A stretch of DNA of 64,000 nt from the human T2T-CHM13v2.0 reference genome, Homo sapiens, in NCBI RefSeq assembly GCF_009914755.1, contig NC_060933.1; one strand, given 5' to 3'. How positions within the stretch are numbered: position 1 is the stretch's first letter; each line of letters begins with the position of its first letter. Positions 45,578 to 61,337 of this stretch are shown here, in pieces. The notes beneath the pieces were generated by a model that was given only the letters and a program-made list of their open reading frames with translations, did no database searches and was not told the origin of the DNA. Made by a program: the position numbers and the translations under genes.

Positions 45578-48500
45578 TTCTTCCTATGTGTAAAAGTAAT
45601 TGGTAGTTCCTTTCTGGAAACTGTTCACATTTTTTGCTTGTTTTCTAATTTGACTAGTAGTCTTCCTTATCAGTTTATAGAAATGATCTTTTATATTAAG
45701 AAAATTAGCCCTTTATGATATAAGTTGCTAATTTTTCTCCCAGTTTGTACTTTGTTTCTTGATGTTGTTTATAGTGCCGTTTCCAGGTAATCACGGTTTT
45801 TTTTAATGAGGATGAATTTATCAGTTTTTTTCCTTTATGACTTCAGGTTTTATGTCATATTTAAGAAAGGCCTCTCTTACTCTGAGATTATAAAATAATT
45901 TCTCCATGGTTTCTTCTAGTCTGTCTGTCCTCCCTCCTTCCCTCCCTCCCTCCCTCCTTCTCTTCTTTTGTTTCATTCAAATCTTTGATCCAGAGAGGGC
46001 ATGGATGAAGCAAGCTCAATCTTTGCTGCCACCAGCCATCTCCCCAAACCCTTGCTTGTCCCAGCAGCAGCTCTGGATTTGATCCATCCTAGGTTCCAAT
46101 TTAAGCATCCAGGGAAATAACATCCTGGTACCCTCAGCCTCCAGCTAAAGTTGCTTTACCGCTTCTTCTGTCACCCTAGAACCACGTTCCCCTTACAAAA
46201 GTTTGTGGGGGGCAGTAGAGATTTGTCCCTTTCCATGTCTGTTTCAGAGGGTAGACAGCCACTCTCTAGAATTGCTGGATCTCCTATCTATTGGAGCTGA
46301 CCACACAACAGTAATTCAGCCATTACCTGAAGCTACAGAGCCCCCGTAGAAACCATCTTCTAAGATCCAACAGAGAGACACCCCAAGACCGGTAAAGGTC
46401 AAAGGTAGAATGACTTTTGTCAGTGTTCAAAGATTCTTGGTAGACGAGGACTAATGAGAGGGAAATTTCAACTGGACACATTGAGGAACATTCACATCAG
46501 AGTTGTCTGGCCTTGGAAAACCTGCCATCAGAAGTAGTGAGATCCCTGTGTCTGGAGGTGTGCAAGCAAAGACTGGACCACAACCTAGTGAGAACAGAAG
46601 GGCTTCAAAGTGTCTGTGAACCCCCTGAAAACTGTAGGAAAGGATTTGCATGGCCATGTATGTGCAGACAGACATGCACATTTTTCTGAAAAAAAGAATC
46701 AGTGGCTTCCATCATATTCACAAAGAGGATCATTCCAACCAAATCAAGGTCTGCACACCTGCCTTCAGTTGACATTTAGGTCCCGTAGTGAGTGCGGGAA
46801 ATAAAGCTCTCTATAGTCCCCTCAAACCTACTGTCTGTGATTCTTCTCACAAGATTAAAAACACTGCAAGCCTCCTATGCTCACCAGTGGGAGAAGGAGC
46901 TATTAGAAAAACCTGGGAGGAACTATTTCAGGACAGGGACATTATATATACCATCACATCCCCAAAAATCCGTATCTAATACAATTTGGAAAATATTGGC
47001 TTTCTGATGTGATTTCTTAATCACACTCTGGTTGCTACTTTACCATTATTGTCCCATTAGTTCCAGGTCCACAATTAATTGTTGCTTGAACAACCTCATG
47101 TTTTCCCTGTGGGTAATTACCGTGGTTACTGTTCAGTGAATAAATGGCCCATTGGGTTTACAATAGGCTTGGAGTACAATATGTGCCCCGGGTCTAAATC
47201 ATGTTGGGTGCAAAATATTAACTGGCACTGACATTTTCTGCACCATTTGAGATAATGCACGCTTTGATTAGATTGCTTTGCGTCACTGTTTCTCTGGCTT
47301 TACTCTGGCTTTAGCCTCCTGAAACTTTCTTCCATGGGCAAAAACTGCAGGTGCCCAGTAGCACTGCTGGACTTCAAAACTAACAGACATCTGAGAAATC
47401 ATCTAGCTCTGGGGTTCTTGGCACACTGGAGTTATTTGGGGGAGATTTTAAAGAATACTGATGACTTGGTCCCACTCCAAACGAACTGAATCAGAATCTC
47501 TGGGCATCTAGCCCAAGCATCAGTATTATTTAAAAATTTTCCAGGTGATTATGATGCTCAGTGAGGGTTGAGGACCACAGATACAGCTCCACACCCCTGG
47601 TTTGGAATAAGTAGACTGCAGCCCCGAAATAAGATATCAAAATTCCACTACAGCTAATAAGAGGTAGAAGCAGGACTTGAACCCGGGTCTATAGGACCCT
47701 AACACTAGTGCGCTTTCTCCCATGGATGACTATCTACCTGCCTCCTACATGCTCCCCAGGCCTTCTTCCCCTAGCACAGTCACCCAGCATCTGGCATCAC
47801 CAGGGCTGTTAGCATTAGGGCCCTAACTTGGAGACCAAGCTTTCTGAGCTCTCCTGCCTTGTTTCGCATAACCAAGTTTGTTTCTGAACAGATTGTGATT
47901 GAGGCTTTGAGTTAATTCCTAGCCAAGGATTTATTTCGGAGAGTATTTTAAAATTTAATTTCTAGTTTTCTTATAATTTCTAGTTTTATTGCATTATTTT
48001 GAGAATTTGGCAAGTGCAGTGTCTGCTTTTGGAATTTATTGAGATTTTCTTTGTGGCCTATTATACAATCAACTTCTGTACAAGTTCCATGGTGGCTGGA
48101 AAAAAGATGAAATCTATAGTCATAAGCTATAGAATTCTTTATTAGACTACTTATGCATAATAGATATAACCAAACTAATTATATTATCATACGCTTTGTA
48201 TTTTTGTTTACTTGATCTATCAAAGGCTGAGAAGTTTGTTAAACTTTTTTCTATTGTCTCTGACCATTTCTTCATGTATTTCAACTGTTTTTGCTTTTTA
48301 TGTGTTCATTTTATCTTGTTTTGAGCATAAATGTTCATCACAATTATGTCTTCATTTTTCAGCAATATATACTTTTGCCTAGTGCAAATAACAGGCACTT
48401 AATAGATATTCATTGAGCGAGTGAAGATTGAAATATTTATCAAGATAAAATAAACCTGTTTGTCATTTTATTGCTTTTTGTTTGATACTGTATCACGCTT

Positions 48501-50832
48501 GTTATTAATACTGCAACCCTTACTGTATTTTTGCTTGCATTTGCCTGTCACTTTTTTATCCTCCTTTTATTCATATTCTATTAAGATTGTTTTTAAATAC
48601 ACATCTTGAAAAGAGCATATGGACAGATTTTAAAATATGTATGTTTATTGCTGTAGTAAATATTTGGCCTTGCATTTATCATCTCATTGGCCATCTCTTC
48701 TTTTTTAATGCTTCCCTTTTTTTGTTTCCTTTTGTTCCCACTGGTTTTCAACTTTGTATCTATTCTTCTCTATTCTGGCTATGTGAATTAATCTTGCCTC
48801 AGGTCTCAGCCCGCTGGAGTACTTTTTAATAGGTACCTTGAGAAGGATAAAGGGTTGACAACTTACTGAGGATGGCCCTGTGTTGCACTGACACACGGCA
48901 GAATTTGGCTGGGCATGAAATTCTTGGGCTACCATTTCTCCCCTTTGAAACTACAAAGTGATGCAGAGGAGAAATTTGGGGCTGGCTTGATTGTCACTGA
49001 TTGTCGTTCATTTGTAGGTACCCAGTTTCCTCTACCTGGAAGCCTGAAAGATTTTTTTTCCCCTTATTCCTGGAATTCAAAAAAATCGCACTCTTGATTT
49101 TATTTGGGATAAAGAGAGCCCTATACACGACCTGTATACAATCCATACACTCAAGTATTTCCAACTCAGTAAAAAAAAACCTAATATATATATATAAAAT
49201 GACTATGCTATATTTATATTGTGTATATTGTTTTATATTTATATTTTTATAATATATTTAACATATTTATTACATATACATTTATAATATTGTATATATT
49301 ATACATAATAAATATAGCATATGTAGTATGTTTATCATATATATATTTATATTATATTCCTATATATTCTTGTCTCTCCTCTGGGCCACAGGATTATCTG
49401 TATGTTGTCTCCTCATTCTCTAAATCCATATCTGTCCTATTTTCTTTTCATAATTGCATCTCTTAGTCCTTGTCCTCCTCAATCTAGAAGAGCATCTTAT
49501 TTTACTGTATTTTATTACAAGGTATGTGCATATTAGCTTTCACTATTTTCTGGTAAAATGGCTGTACCCACAGCCCTAGCTGTAGGACATAAGTATTCTC
49601 ATTTCTTCACATCCTGGCCAGTATTTGATATTATCTGACTTCCTAATTTTTGTTAGTCTTTCAGAGATAAAGTGGTACTTCATTATTGTTTGATTTTGCA
49701 GTGCTTTGCCTGGAATGTGGCTGAGTGGTGATACATAGACATGTTAGCTATTCGGGTTCTTTGTTCTGTGAGTTGCCTGACTTGCTTTTCAACAGCCTCA
49801 GTTTTAAGCCTTATTGACTTTAACATATTTGTATTGTGTTATTGACATTTTTAGTTTCCTATGAATTTTTCATGATCATCTCCCTTTTCACCCCATCCTC
49901 CAATTGCAGGCTATTTCATGGAGCCTGCTTTGCTGCATATGATTGGGGAGGCTACACATCTTTCTAAAGTTTTCTTCTTTATCCTACAATAGATCATTTT
50001 CAGAGATGGACTCTTCCTCCACTTCTTCTGAGTACTCTGCTTTTTTTCATTATTTTTGAAGTACTTTTTCAAAGGTGTTTTAAATTTATTAATCCTCAAA
50101 AGCAAAGCAAGTGTTTTCAGGCTGGGCTTATCAAGAGACACATGTGGACGGCACTTGGCCCTGTTTTCTATTTACGTTTTAATTGCATATACTTCTCAGA
50201 AGGCCGGAGAATAAGTATTTAAGCACAGTTTTTGGTGTCTAGTAGGCTTTCACCTTAGGCTGGTCTACATTAAATAAGTGACATCATCTTTTACCCTCAG
50301 TGCCCAATTTTCTAATACTCTAGATCAACACAGTACATTAAATTCCCTTCCTGCACTGCTGCTAGGGTTTTTCTTTCCTGCCTAAAAAATTTCATGTGGG
50401 AAGTCTCTGCTTCCCAGAATGCAATTCACATCTAGTGTGCTCCCCTCCTCTTCTCATCCAGGTTTTTTTTCCCCCTAGGAATGTATAGCTCTGTCTGAGT
50501 TTAGTGAAAGAGAGATGAGAATAAAGAGAAAAAAGCAATTTGGTTGTCTCAGAGATCAGCAACTGTTAGGTAGAGGCAATAGCTATCCAATTTTCTAGTT
50601 GATATGAGTCCTGAGTCTAACTCAGATTGTAGGGGAGAAAGGAAAAGGTCTACCTGTTAATTTTCAACACAATTGTTATTTTATGAGGCAAGGTTTGGAA
50701 TGCTAGGAAGCAAAGCTTAGGATTTTCTCAATCTAGAGCCATCTACTTTGTAATTAATGAAGCTTCTAAACATCTAGAATATCAATGAGTATTGGGGTCT
50801 CTTGGTTCCTTGAGAGTGTATGTATGTGTATG

Positions 50833-51199
<367 letters not shown>

Positions 51200-53039
51200 T
51201 AAAAAAATGTTTTATTGGGTACCAAATGTTTTATTGAGTAGCCAAATACCCTTTTTTTTCATTTTTGGTTTATGCCATTTATTTATTTAGTAAACCATAT
51301 GTTCTCAAATATTGCAAAAATAAAGTTCAAGTCAGTTTAGTAAAAGTATTAGAAAAATCACGAATAAATTTAGTCTGACTTAACCAAATATGTGGCAGGG
51401 CCTGGCACCCTCTTTCACGTTGTTCAGATGCCATTTAAACCACAAGGTGGTGTGAAGGTTTTTAAGGTTCATGATTGGTACCATCAAACTGCTCTCTAAT
51501 GTGGTGGTGCTGCCATGCCCCTGGGGGCTGGTGGATAAGACTGCCCAGCTCATCCCATACTGGCCAGCTCTGGGCACTGAATGGGGTTTTTGCCCACCGC
51601 CCTGCTTGCCCCAGTCTGTAGCCAGGCTAAACCTGGATCACCAGCATTCTCTTTGTTTTGAGCAGTTGCCCAGGGAGTCTTGAGCACATCCCGGCCCACA
51701 GAAGATCCTTAAATAGCATCTCATTCTTTCACTCCCACCCCAGGAACTGACCTGAGTGCTTCTGATAATGATGGCATCCAGGTACTACCCAATCTACGAC
51801 CAGACCACAGGGCCTGATGGCTCCCCTGAACTATCCATGGCCACCTGGCCAGAGGAGTGGCAAAATCCTCCAGAATCTTGGTGTCAAGGACCAAGTTCAC
51901 AAAGAATTAAGCACTATGAGTGGTTGCCTTGAAGCCAGCATATGGGCAAGGTGAAGCAGCTTTGACCTTCATCCTGGAGCGTCAAGATAGTCCTGTCCAA
52001 ATCCTATAACCTAGTTCTCAGTATACAAATTTAGTATAACTGCCCCCCACCCATCACCTTTTATCTATGCCAAGTCTTCCCAGTTATCCCACCTGATCCT
52101 CACAACAACCCTGTGGCAGGTGCCGTTAGTAATCGTATGGATAAGAAAACCGAGGCTTAGAGGTTAAAAAACTTGCCCAACAAAGCAAATTGGGGCGAAA
52201 GCACAAAAGCTTTCATGCCCAAGAAAGCATGAAAATGTTTCAGCTCTAAATAGTGGTGATGGTTGAACAACGTTGTGAATGTACTCAATGACAATGACTC
52301 ATCCACTTTAAAATGGTTAAAATGGCGAATTTTATCTTGTGCATTTTACCACAATATAAAAAGAAAAAAGGAACTTGTCCAAGATCATGCAACTTAGAAA
52401 TGGAGGAGTGGAACCAGTACTGTTAAGTCATACTGCCTCCATCCTCACCACCACAGCCCCTCAGAAATGATACAAGCCCCTCAGTCTGAATCCCAGAGAC
52501 ATCCTGGCAAAGACGGGCAGCAGCTGAGTGTGACTCAGACCCCTGGACTCCAAAGACCTTGGATTTGGACCTCAACGCTGTCTTTTCCCAGCTGTGCAAA
52601 CTTAGGCCACTAGTCCTTCTTGCATCTGTAGAACTAAGATTGTAAGCTCTGCCCTGCCTGCTTTGGAGGGGTGATGGCAGGATGTAAAAGAACTTTGTGG
52701 ACTCTGAAGCTTTACAGATGCATAAAGTCCCCTGCATTCCCTGTGATTATGATTGCCAGAGAGTTCATAGATACTGGATTTGTGGAGAGTCTGTTCACAC
52801 GGGGGATCCTTTGCAATCTTCCTGGGGGACAGGATTTTTGTTTTTATTTCCTCATCCTACACTCACTCAAAAAAAAATCCATTCTCTAACATGCCTGAGA
52901 GTAAAGCCTGCTTGACAGTGGATAGATGAATGAATGGAGAAATGACCCAACCACCCAATCGGCCAGCCACAGTCTAAGCCATCCAAAGGAGAGTTTTTAT
53001 GAACACATGTCTGACTTGGTGATTAATACTTTCAGACAG

Positions 53040-53383
<344 letters not shown>

Positions 53384-54790
53384 TTATGATCCATTTTATA
53401 CCTGAAAAAACTGTGGCCCAGAAAGGTCATCCAGTAGACCAGGGAGGGAACAATTTATGCCATGGCTTCCAGGGCCTCTCAAACACAGCAAGTTTTGGAG
53501 GAGACATATTTAACCAGCAGCATGGGGTGGGAAGAGAGCCATGAGCATCTCTCTCCAGCTGGAGGCCTCTAGCCTGCCGTGATATGTTTCATGAGCGTTC
53601 AGGGCCTGCATACTGAACCATGAGTCACTTTAACAAGCAGCACCTGAATGCAGAGAGAAGTGGTGAGCTCATGCAGCTACGAGGCCTCTTTAGGGAGCCG
53701 GGACATTTAGGCTTAACCCTGTCCCTGTGACTGAGAGAACAAGGGTAAGTCATTTCCCCCCTTTTAGATGTCTGTTTTTCTCATCTCTGAAAGTGATGGA
53801 TTGGACCAAAGATTTCAAAGGTTCTCTGCAACCACAAAAATCTATGCTTCGCGAACATTGAAGAAAATGATTAAGGAGTTTCTTGGTCTTGTGTGGGTGT
53901 GTGTTTTATTTAATCTGATTTATTCAGATAACTGCCATTGTGCCTCACTTCCATTTGCAGATACGAACCCAGACGAAAAATGTAAACTCATCTCCCAGCT
54001 TCAGGATCTTTATGACATTCCAAGGCATTGACGAATTCTTGCCTAAATGCAATTCATTCTTCACCTGTTTTGGGGCATCCGAGTTTAGCTTCTCTGCAAA
54101 AATAAACCATTTTTTTCAGGAGGCAGGTATAACCGGGCAGGGGGGACCACAGTTGCTAAGTCCTAGGTAAGGAACTCAGGCCAAATGCAAAGGGATGAGA
54201 AAATGATTGAGGCTTGCTCTTTTCTCTGTTGGTTTAATCTTTTTCCACGACTTTGCTGACTGTTTCTGTAATTAAATGAGGGAGGTATTTGTCATCTAGG
54301 GTTCCTTTCAGCTGAGATGAATGGAACGCAACTTTCTCAGGAAGCTTCTGACAAAACACTGTTTGTGGCCAGTGCCAGGATGTATACAAAGGCCCCAGGC
54401 TGTGTGTGTTGGGAACTCGGGTCCACTTCAGGTCTGCGCCAGGTCGCCGCTGTGCTCAAGCCCTGGTGAAAAACTGTTTGGACAAAAAGTGCCTCAACAT
54501 AGATGCCGGTGAGATTAATGTGATGCGGGGTGGCTGCAAAGCATTTCCCAAGTTAACAAGGGAAAATGAATGCCTGGCATTTGAGTGAGTTCTGGAAGCC
54601 CCACTCCAACAAAAGGCCTTCTGGGGTATCGTGCATAGACTGGCTGTAAGATTTTAAATCTCTTTAGTCAGAGAGAGCTTGGGCTAGAACCTCTTGGGGA
54701 ACAATCATTTCTCCTTTCTGTTAATGAGGTTTAGTTTTTCATCAAATGCACAGCAGTTCAGCTTTTACCACCCCCTGCTGTGGCCAGTCC

Positions 54791-55121
<331 letters not shown>

Positions 55122-55145
55122 TGACAATTTGTAAGGGAGACATTA

Positions 55146-55526
<381 letters not shown>

Positions 55527-56128
55527 GAGGCAAAGCTGGGACCTGAGCTTAGATATTTTGACTTCTTGAAATTATGAAATAATGAGCACGTACCGTGGAG
55601 CAAGCACTGCATGAAGGGCTTAGCATTCACTTCTTCACTTAATGTGCAAAACAACCCTATGAAGTAGATGTGATTCTGATCTGCATTTTCCAGATGAGGA
55701 GACTGAGCCTCGGAGAGGATAAGTGACTTGCACATGATCACTCCGCAAGCAACTGGCAGAGCAGGGAGACTAATGTCACAAGTCCCTGCTCATTCTGCAG
55801 AGTGCTATGATTCTTCTCTGTGATTTAACAATTCCCAAAACATATTTACTTCTCTAGTCTAATTTTGATCTTCACAAAAACCCATGATATCAGTAGAGTA
55901 GACTTTATTATTACCCTCATTTTTTAGATAAGGAAACTGATGTTCAGAGAGGTGACTTACTCAAAATCAGGTGACTTACTCAAAGCCGCATGTTAACAAA
56001 TGGCAAGGCTAGGGTTTGGGACTTTGGTTCTTAGAATGACGTCCTCGCTCCAATTTTCTGGGCTGCTTCTCAGGGAGGCATCTGAGGCTAAGACTAGAAA
56101 GCAACCAGGGCAATTTAAAAGAAGAGAG

Positions 56129-56335
56129 AATTAGCCGGGCATGGTGGCGGGTGCCTGTAGTCCCAGCTACTTGGGAGGCTGAGGTAAGAGGACCGCTTGA
56201 GCCTAGGATTTAAGGGTGCAGTGAGCCAGGATCATGCCACTACACTCCAGCCTGAGCGAGAGTGAGGCCCTGTCAAAGAAAGAAAGAAAAAGAAAAGAAA
56301 GAAAAGAAAAAATAAAATTTATTTAAAAGAAAAAA
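56129..56335 (+). mobile_element. Alu right monomer (FRAM or 5'-truncated AluJ)
   Basis: aattagccgggcatggtggcgggtgcctgtagtcccagc… plus A-rich tail. Confidence 0.88.
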
Positions 56336-58480
56336 CAATAATACTTCATCAGTGGGTTAGTATGCTTTTGATTCTCTAAGATGGTCCAATGAAAACATAT
56401 GAAACAAAAATCGTACGTATATTTAAAAACATTCTTCATCCTGGACATTCTTCTTTTTAAACTTCTATTATCAAATAGAAACTACATACATAAGCACGTT
56501 AGATACTTTTAAAGAATAATAGCAAAACCAATATCCAGCTGCCTATCACCCAGTTTAAGAGACAGCATTTATTTATTATGATAAATTGTGAAGTCATTTA
56601 ATGCTTTGCTCTTTAAGATATAATTGTTTTTGCTATATGGCATTCTATGATTCTTTATTACCTTCTTCACTCCCTTCTTTAACATTTCTATTATTATTTG
56701 ACGTAAAGAAGATTGGAAAACAACTATTAGTTCCGCAAATCCTTTTATTTTAAGTCAAAAATGGGAGTAAATTAGAGAAATGGCAAAACCAAGTCGATGC
56801 TGAGAAAGCAGTGTGGCTCATAAGGGTAAGAATGCTGGGTTTCAGTTTGGACAGGCTGTGTCTGAATGCCACCTCCGCCCCTCCCTGTGCAACCTCAGAA
56901 GACTCCTCCAACTTTGGGAACTTCAGTCTCCTCCTCTGTAAATGGACTGGGGTCAGACAGGCACATTCCCATTTCAGGGCTGTCGTGAGGGTTGGAATAG
57001 CACAAGTGCCCAATTAATGATGGCTTACAGTAGACCACAATTTCTAGACTTAAAAGTTACAAGAACTAAGTTAGGAGAATTAGATGGTATTTCTTACAAT
57101 CACACAGGGCCTTTTAATTTACAAAGCCCTTTCCTGCAATATTCCACCTCCCTAGGGAAGGCAGGGGAGGAGCATACCCATTTTACAGATGAGAAGCCTC
57201 AGCGAAGGAAAGGATTTGCTCAAACTCAAGTGGCTGCCACCAGGCAGGGACATCATTCTAAAGCAGGATGTCCAAATCCTAATCTATTATTTTAAAATGG
57301 TTTGTTAATTAAACAAATAATTATGATTGTATTGCTTGTCTAATTGTGTACAATTAGAATGTATGTCTTTAATTTTCTCTTAAACTTCTGGTAAAATGTT
57401 CCATTTTCCCCTCACAGCTGTGCAGGTGACAAATGCAGGAAATTAACAAATTACATTAGAAGCCTCTTTGGTTTCCTCGGCTCCTTTGCACTTGGCTTTC
57501 AGCTGATGTCTTTAGGGGTAAGAAGTGTTCTCATGTGATCACAGCTGTGAAGCCAACTGCTTTTTAATTACCTCACTGCAGAAATCATGTCTCCTCATGT
57601 CAATATGGCACCTCTGATCAGTCCACAAGTTGAAATCACATCTGTCAGGGGTCGGGGGTGCTGGGGCCCCAGCTCGAGTCTTTGAGTGGGAGAGGATGCA
57701 GCATTTCTTACTTCTGGGATCATACTTCCTACTCATTTGTCCAGGCCTACTCACAGACACCTCCTCCAGGGAGCCTTCCCTGCTCTCCCTCAGTTCTCCC
57801 AGCACTGTTTCTTCCCTTTGTGGTGAGGCACTGAGAAGTGATGGGCAGCCAGGCCCACTTCACTGACTGCTCTATGAGCTCATTGAGGGCTGTCTGTGAG
57901 TTTGCTCTGTAGCCATGGGAGACATGGAGGGGAAAGGGAGACAGGAGGGTCACAAAATGCCTTCACACTTGTCTTCTTTAGACAGGAACTCACCCAGTTG
58001 TCACACAAAACAGAACAGAGGAGGAAGGAAAGTGCTGGTTTCTCTGGCTGAGGAAAACAGGGTTTGCGCCCCATCCCCTTGAGTAGATAGAGCTCAGGCA
58101 AAGCTCTGAGCGGCAGACTCGTACCAAGGAATCACTCAACCAGACAGGCCAAGCTTGCCAAGGAGGCCTGAGAGCCACCTGCCCGCTGACACTCAGAGGA
58201 CATGGGAGGGCCTTCAGTGTGGCAGTCACTGGGCACCTCACAGCCCCAATCCCAGGGACACCGGGGCTCGAGAAGAAGGGGTCATCCTAGGTTCAGTTTA
58301 CCCTGTGAGCCAACGCTTTCCACAGGCAAGAAAGTGGAGCACGAGACTCCACACCTCTGAAATGTGCTTCATGGTCAGTCCAGAGGAAACTTAGCTGAGT
58401 CAAGATCAAAGATTCAAAGATGCTTTCCCAGAATGAGAAGTTTTATTCCATGGGGCAGGGGGTCATCCAGGATCAGTGGC

Positions 58481-58527
58481 TGGGGCGGGGCTGGGGTTGC
58501 GCATGGGCAAGAGCACCCGGAAGTGAG
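58481..58527. promoter_or_regulatory. Candidate intragenic promoter/enhancer motif cluster (SP/KLF, NRF1, ETS)
   Basis: GGGGCGGGGC 58482-58491; TGCGCATGGGCA 58498-58509; CCGGAAGTG 58517-58525. Confidence 0.45.
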
Positions 58528-58682
58528 TGCCGCTGTGTGCCTGTAGAACACACAGACCCAGCTCCTCTGGTCAGCTGCAAACCCGCCACCAACCTGCTAG
58601 GCCTCAGTTTCCTTAACTGTAAAATGGGGAGAATAAGTCCTGCCCTGACTAACTCTCCAGGGCTCTGTTAAAGATAAACTGA

Positions 58683-58975
58683 GACCGGGTGCGGTGGCTG
58701 ACGCCGGAATCCCAGCACTTTGGGAGGCTGAGGTGGGCGGATCGCTTGAGCCTAGGAAGTGGAGACCAGTCTGGGCAAATTGGCAAAACCCCATCTCTAT
58801 GGAAAAAAATAAAATTAGCCAAGCACGGTGGCCATGCCTGTGGTCCCAGCTACTTGGGAGGCTGAGGCAGAAGAATTGCTTAAGCCTGGGAGGTCAATTC
58901 TGCAGTGAGCCGTGATAGTGCCACTGTACTTCAGCTTGGGCAACCCAGCAAGACCCTACTTCAAAAATAAATAAG
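58683..58975 (+). mobile_element. AluJ
   Basis: Alu dimer. Confidence 0.9.
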
Positions 58976-60079
58976 TAAACACACTGAGAACTTGGAATAT
59001 GAACATGTTTTATAGGAAGTGAGTCCTAGTGCTATAATAGAAGATGAGGAGATGAGGGTTATGAGGCCCACTTGGCCTGCTCCCTCTCCACCTCTTTTGC
59101 TCCAGCGTCCTCTCTCACCCCCTCACTCCAGCCTTCTCTTTCCCAAAGCAGGCTCTCCCTCACTCCCCTCTGAAAAAGCCTTTCTGAACACCTTCCTACC
59201 TCCAGTCTACGCAGGGGGTGTCTCCCCTACTGCACCTCCATCAGACCTTATCACCTGTACTGTCATTGCATCCAAACTGTCACAGAATAAGCACTCAACT
59301 ATGTGTTGAATAAATGAATGCAGAGGGAGCAAACTTACTGTGTGGGGTCTCAGAGGGAAAACCAGGGTCCATGTGTAACTGTTTCAGGGAGGCTGATACG
59401 GTCAATATGAAGAAGAAACCGTTCACAGTAAGGTATTCAAGAGTGAATCAAAATCTTGCAAAGTACTGAGTTCCCCAGCACTGGAGGTATTCAAGAAGAT
59501 CCTCAGGGATCATCTGCCAGAGTCACAGAGGGGATTCCCAAATCAGCAGGGAGTTGAATTAGTCAGTGGTGTGCTTTGTATCCCAGGGAGCATACTCAGT
59601 GACTTCAAGTGAGTCCCAGATGACTATTTTATACCCTAAGAGACATGCTTTTCCTTAATTTGCTTTTATACTACCTTCTTAGTAAATGATACTGATTTTT
59701 CATTCATGGCATTTAGATAAAATTATGAGTCAGTTTAAGGGAACATACTAATTAAGTTAATAATACAAGTTGTACTTGCATTGGCAGAGTCAAGAAAGTG
59801 ATATGAAAATGATAACGTCAGGGATACATGGGATTACAGGTTCATCAAAGAGTTTTTTACCAGAATATATGGTCCTTAGAAATAAACGTCTCCTACCCAA
59901 ATCTCTATCACCTTCAATTAAATTAGGTCATAATGTGAATTTAAACAATTACAGAATGAGTTAGACTTTTATCTGGGCACTGGGGAATAGGCACTATCAG
60001 AAGTGTCAAGAAGAGAGGGTAGCTATCTTAAGAGAAATCAGCTACATAGAAAAAAAAACAAATAATGGAAATGGCCTAA

Positions 60080-60205
60080 GCGATAGCTTTGCCAGATTTA
60101 GCAACATTTGGGACATTCTTGCATTAAAAAACAAAGCAAAAAACCTTTTTGTGTATCTGAAATTCAAATTTAACTGGGCATCCTGTATTCTACCTGCTAA
60201 CCCTA
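60080..60205. mobile_element. MER53-like hAT element
   Basis: ttgccagatttagcaa…tatctgaaattcaaatttaactgggcatcctgtatt…aaccct. Confidence 0.6.
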
Positions 60206-61035
60206 AGTAACCATTCAGGCCAGCTGTGGTAAAGGGCTGAACCTATGCCGTATCACCAGTGGGCTGATGGGGGCTACTGAGAAGTGGGCTAAGGGAGTGA
60301 AGAATGAGCATTTAGTGATCTATTAGTTATGTCTACAATTAGCATAGAAGGATAAAATAATACCATGGGTGCCATTTATTTATGTGCCATTCTGGGCTTG
60401 TCCAACTCTTCATTTTATACACAGAGGACCAGAAAGAAGGGATTTGCCCAGTCTTGCCCCCCAAGTTCATGGCTGGCAGGGCTAAACCCATTCGCTTCTC
60501 CACATTGCCTGCTCAGAATCTAAACAGAATCCTTCCAGTGCCACAATTATGTAACTTCAGACTATCCTGAGCAAACATGACCACTCACATCATCAGCCAG
60601 GACGCCCACAGCCACTCAAACCCTCCAGCTGATCCAGTGTCTCATCATGACTACACTGAAATGCCCTAGAATAACACAAAAGATGTGAAACAAAGTCCAT
60701 TGACACCGAGTTCTGTTGAAGGAGTTGTCACTGTGACAGCAAAGCACTCAGGGATCTGAACCACATGCTGCTGATAGGGTATCTCCAGGGATCTCAATAG
60801 TACAGTTCTATGTTTGACTCTTCGTAGAAATTGAAAACAAGCATCATGCTTTATTACAAAGAAGCTCTTTCACTTACTGTTTATTAAATTGCATGGAATT
60901 GGACTCAATTTGGTTTTTTTTCTTAGTCTTTCTGTTCCTTCCTTCCCCTTTCTGGGCCTCGGTTTCCTGAAGAAGACTGTTCTAGGTAGTTTTTATTTCA
61001 TCTCTAAAATTTCATGATTTAGTAATTATATGTTT

Positions 61036-61337
<302 letters not shown>

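Noticed and set aside
49180-49370. AT-rich quasi-palindromic tract (also ~28980-29050)
   Set aside because: Low-complexity TA expansion inside decayed L1; no extended perfect arms.
55950-55985. Short tandem duplications (aggtgacttactcaaa twice; similar at ~31277, ~47290, ~51208, ~63328)
   Set aside because: Ordinary slippage micro-duplications with no sign of function.
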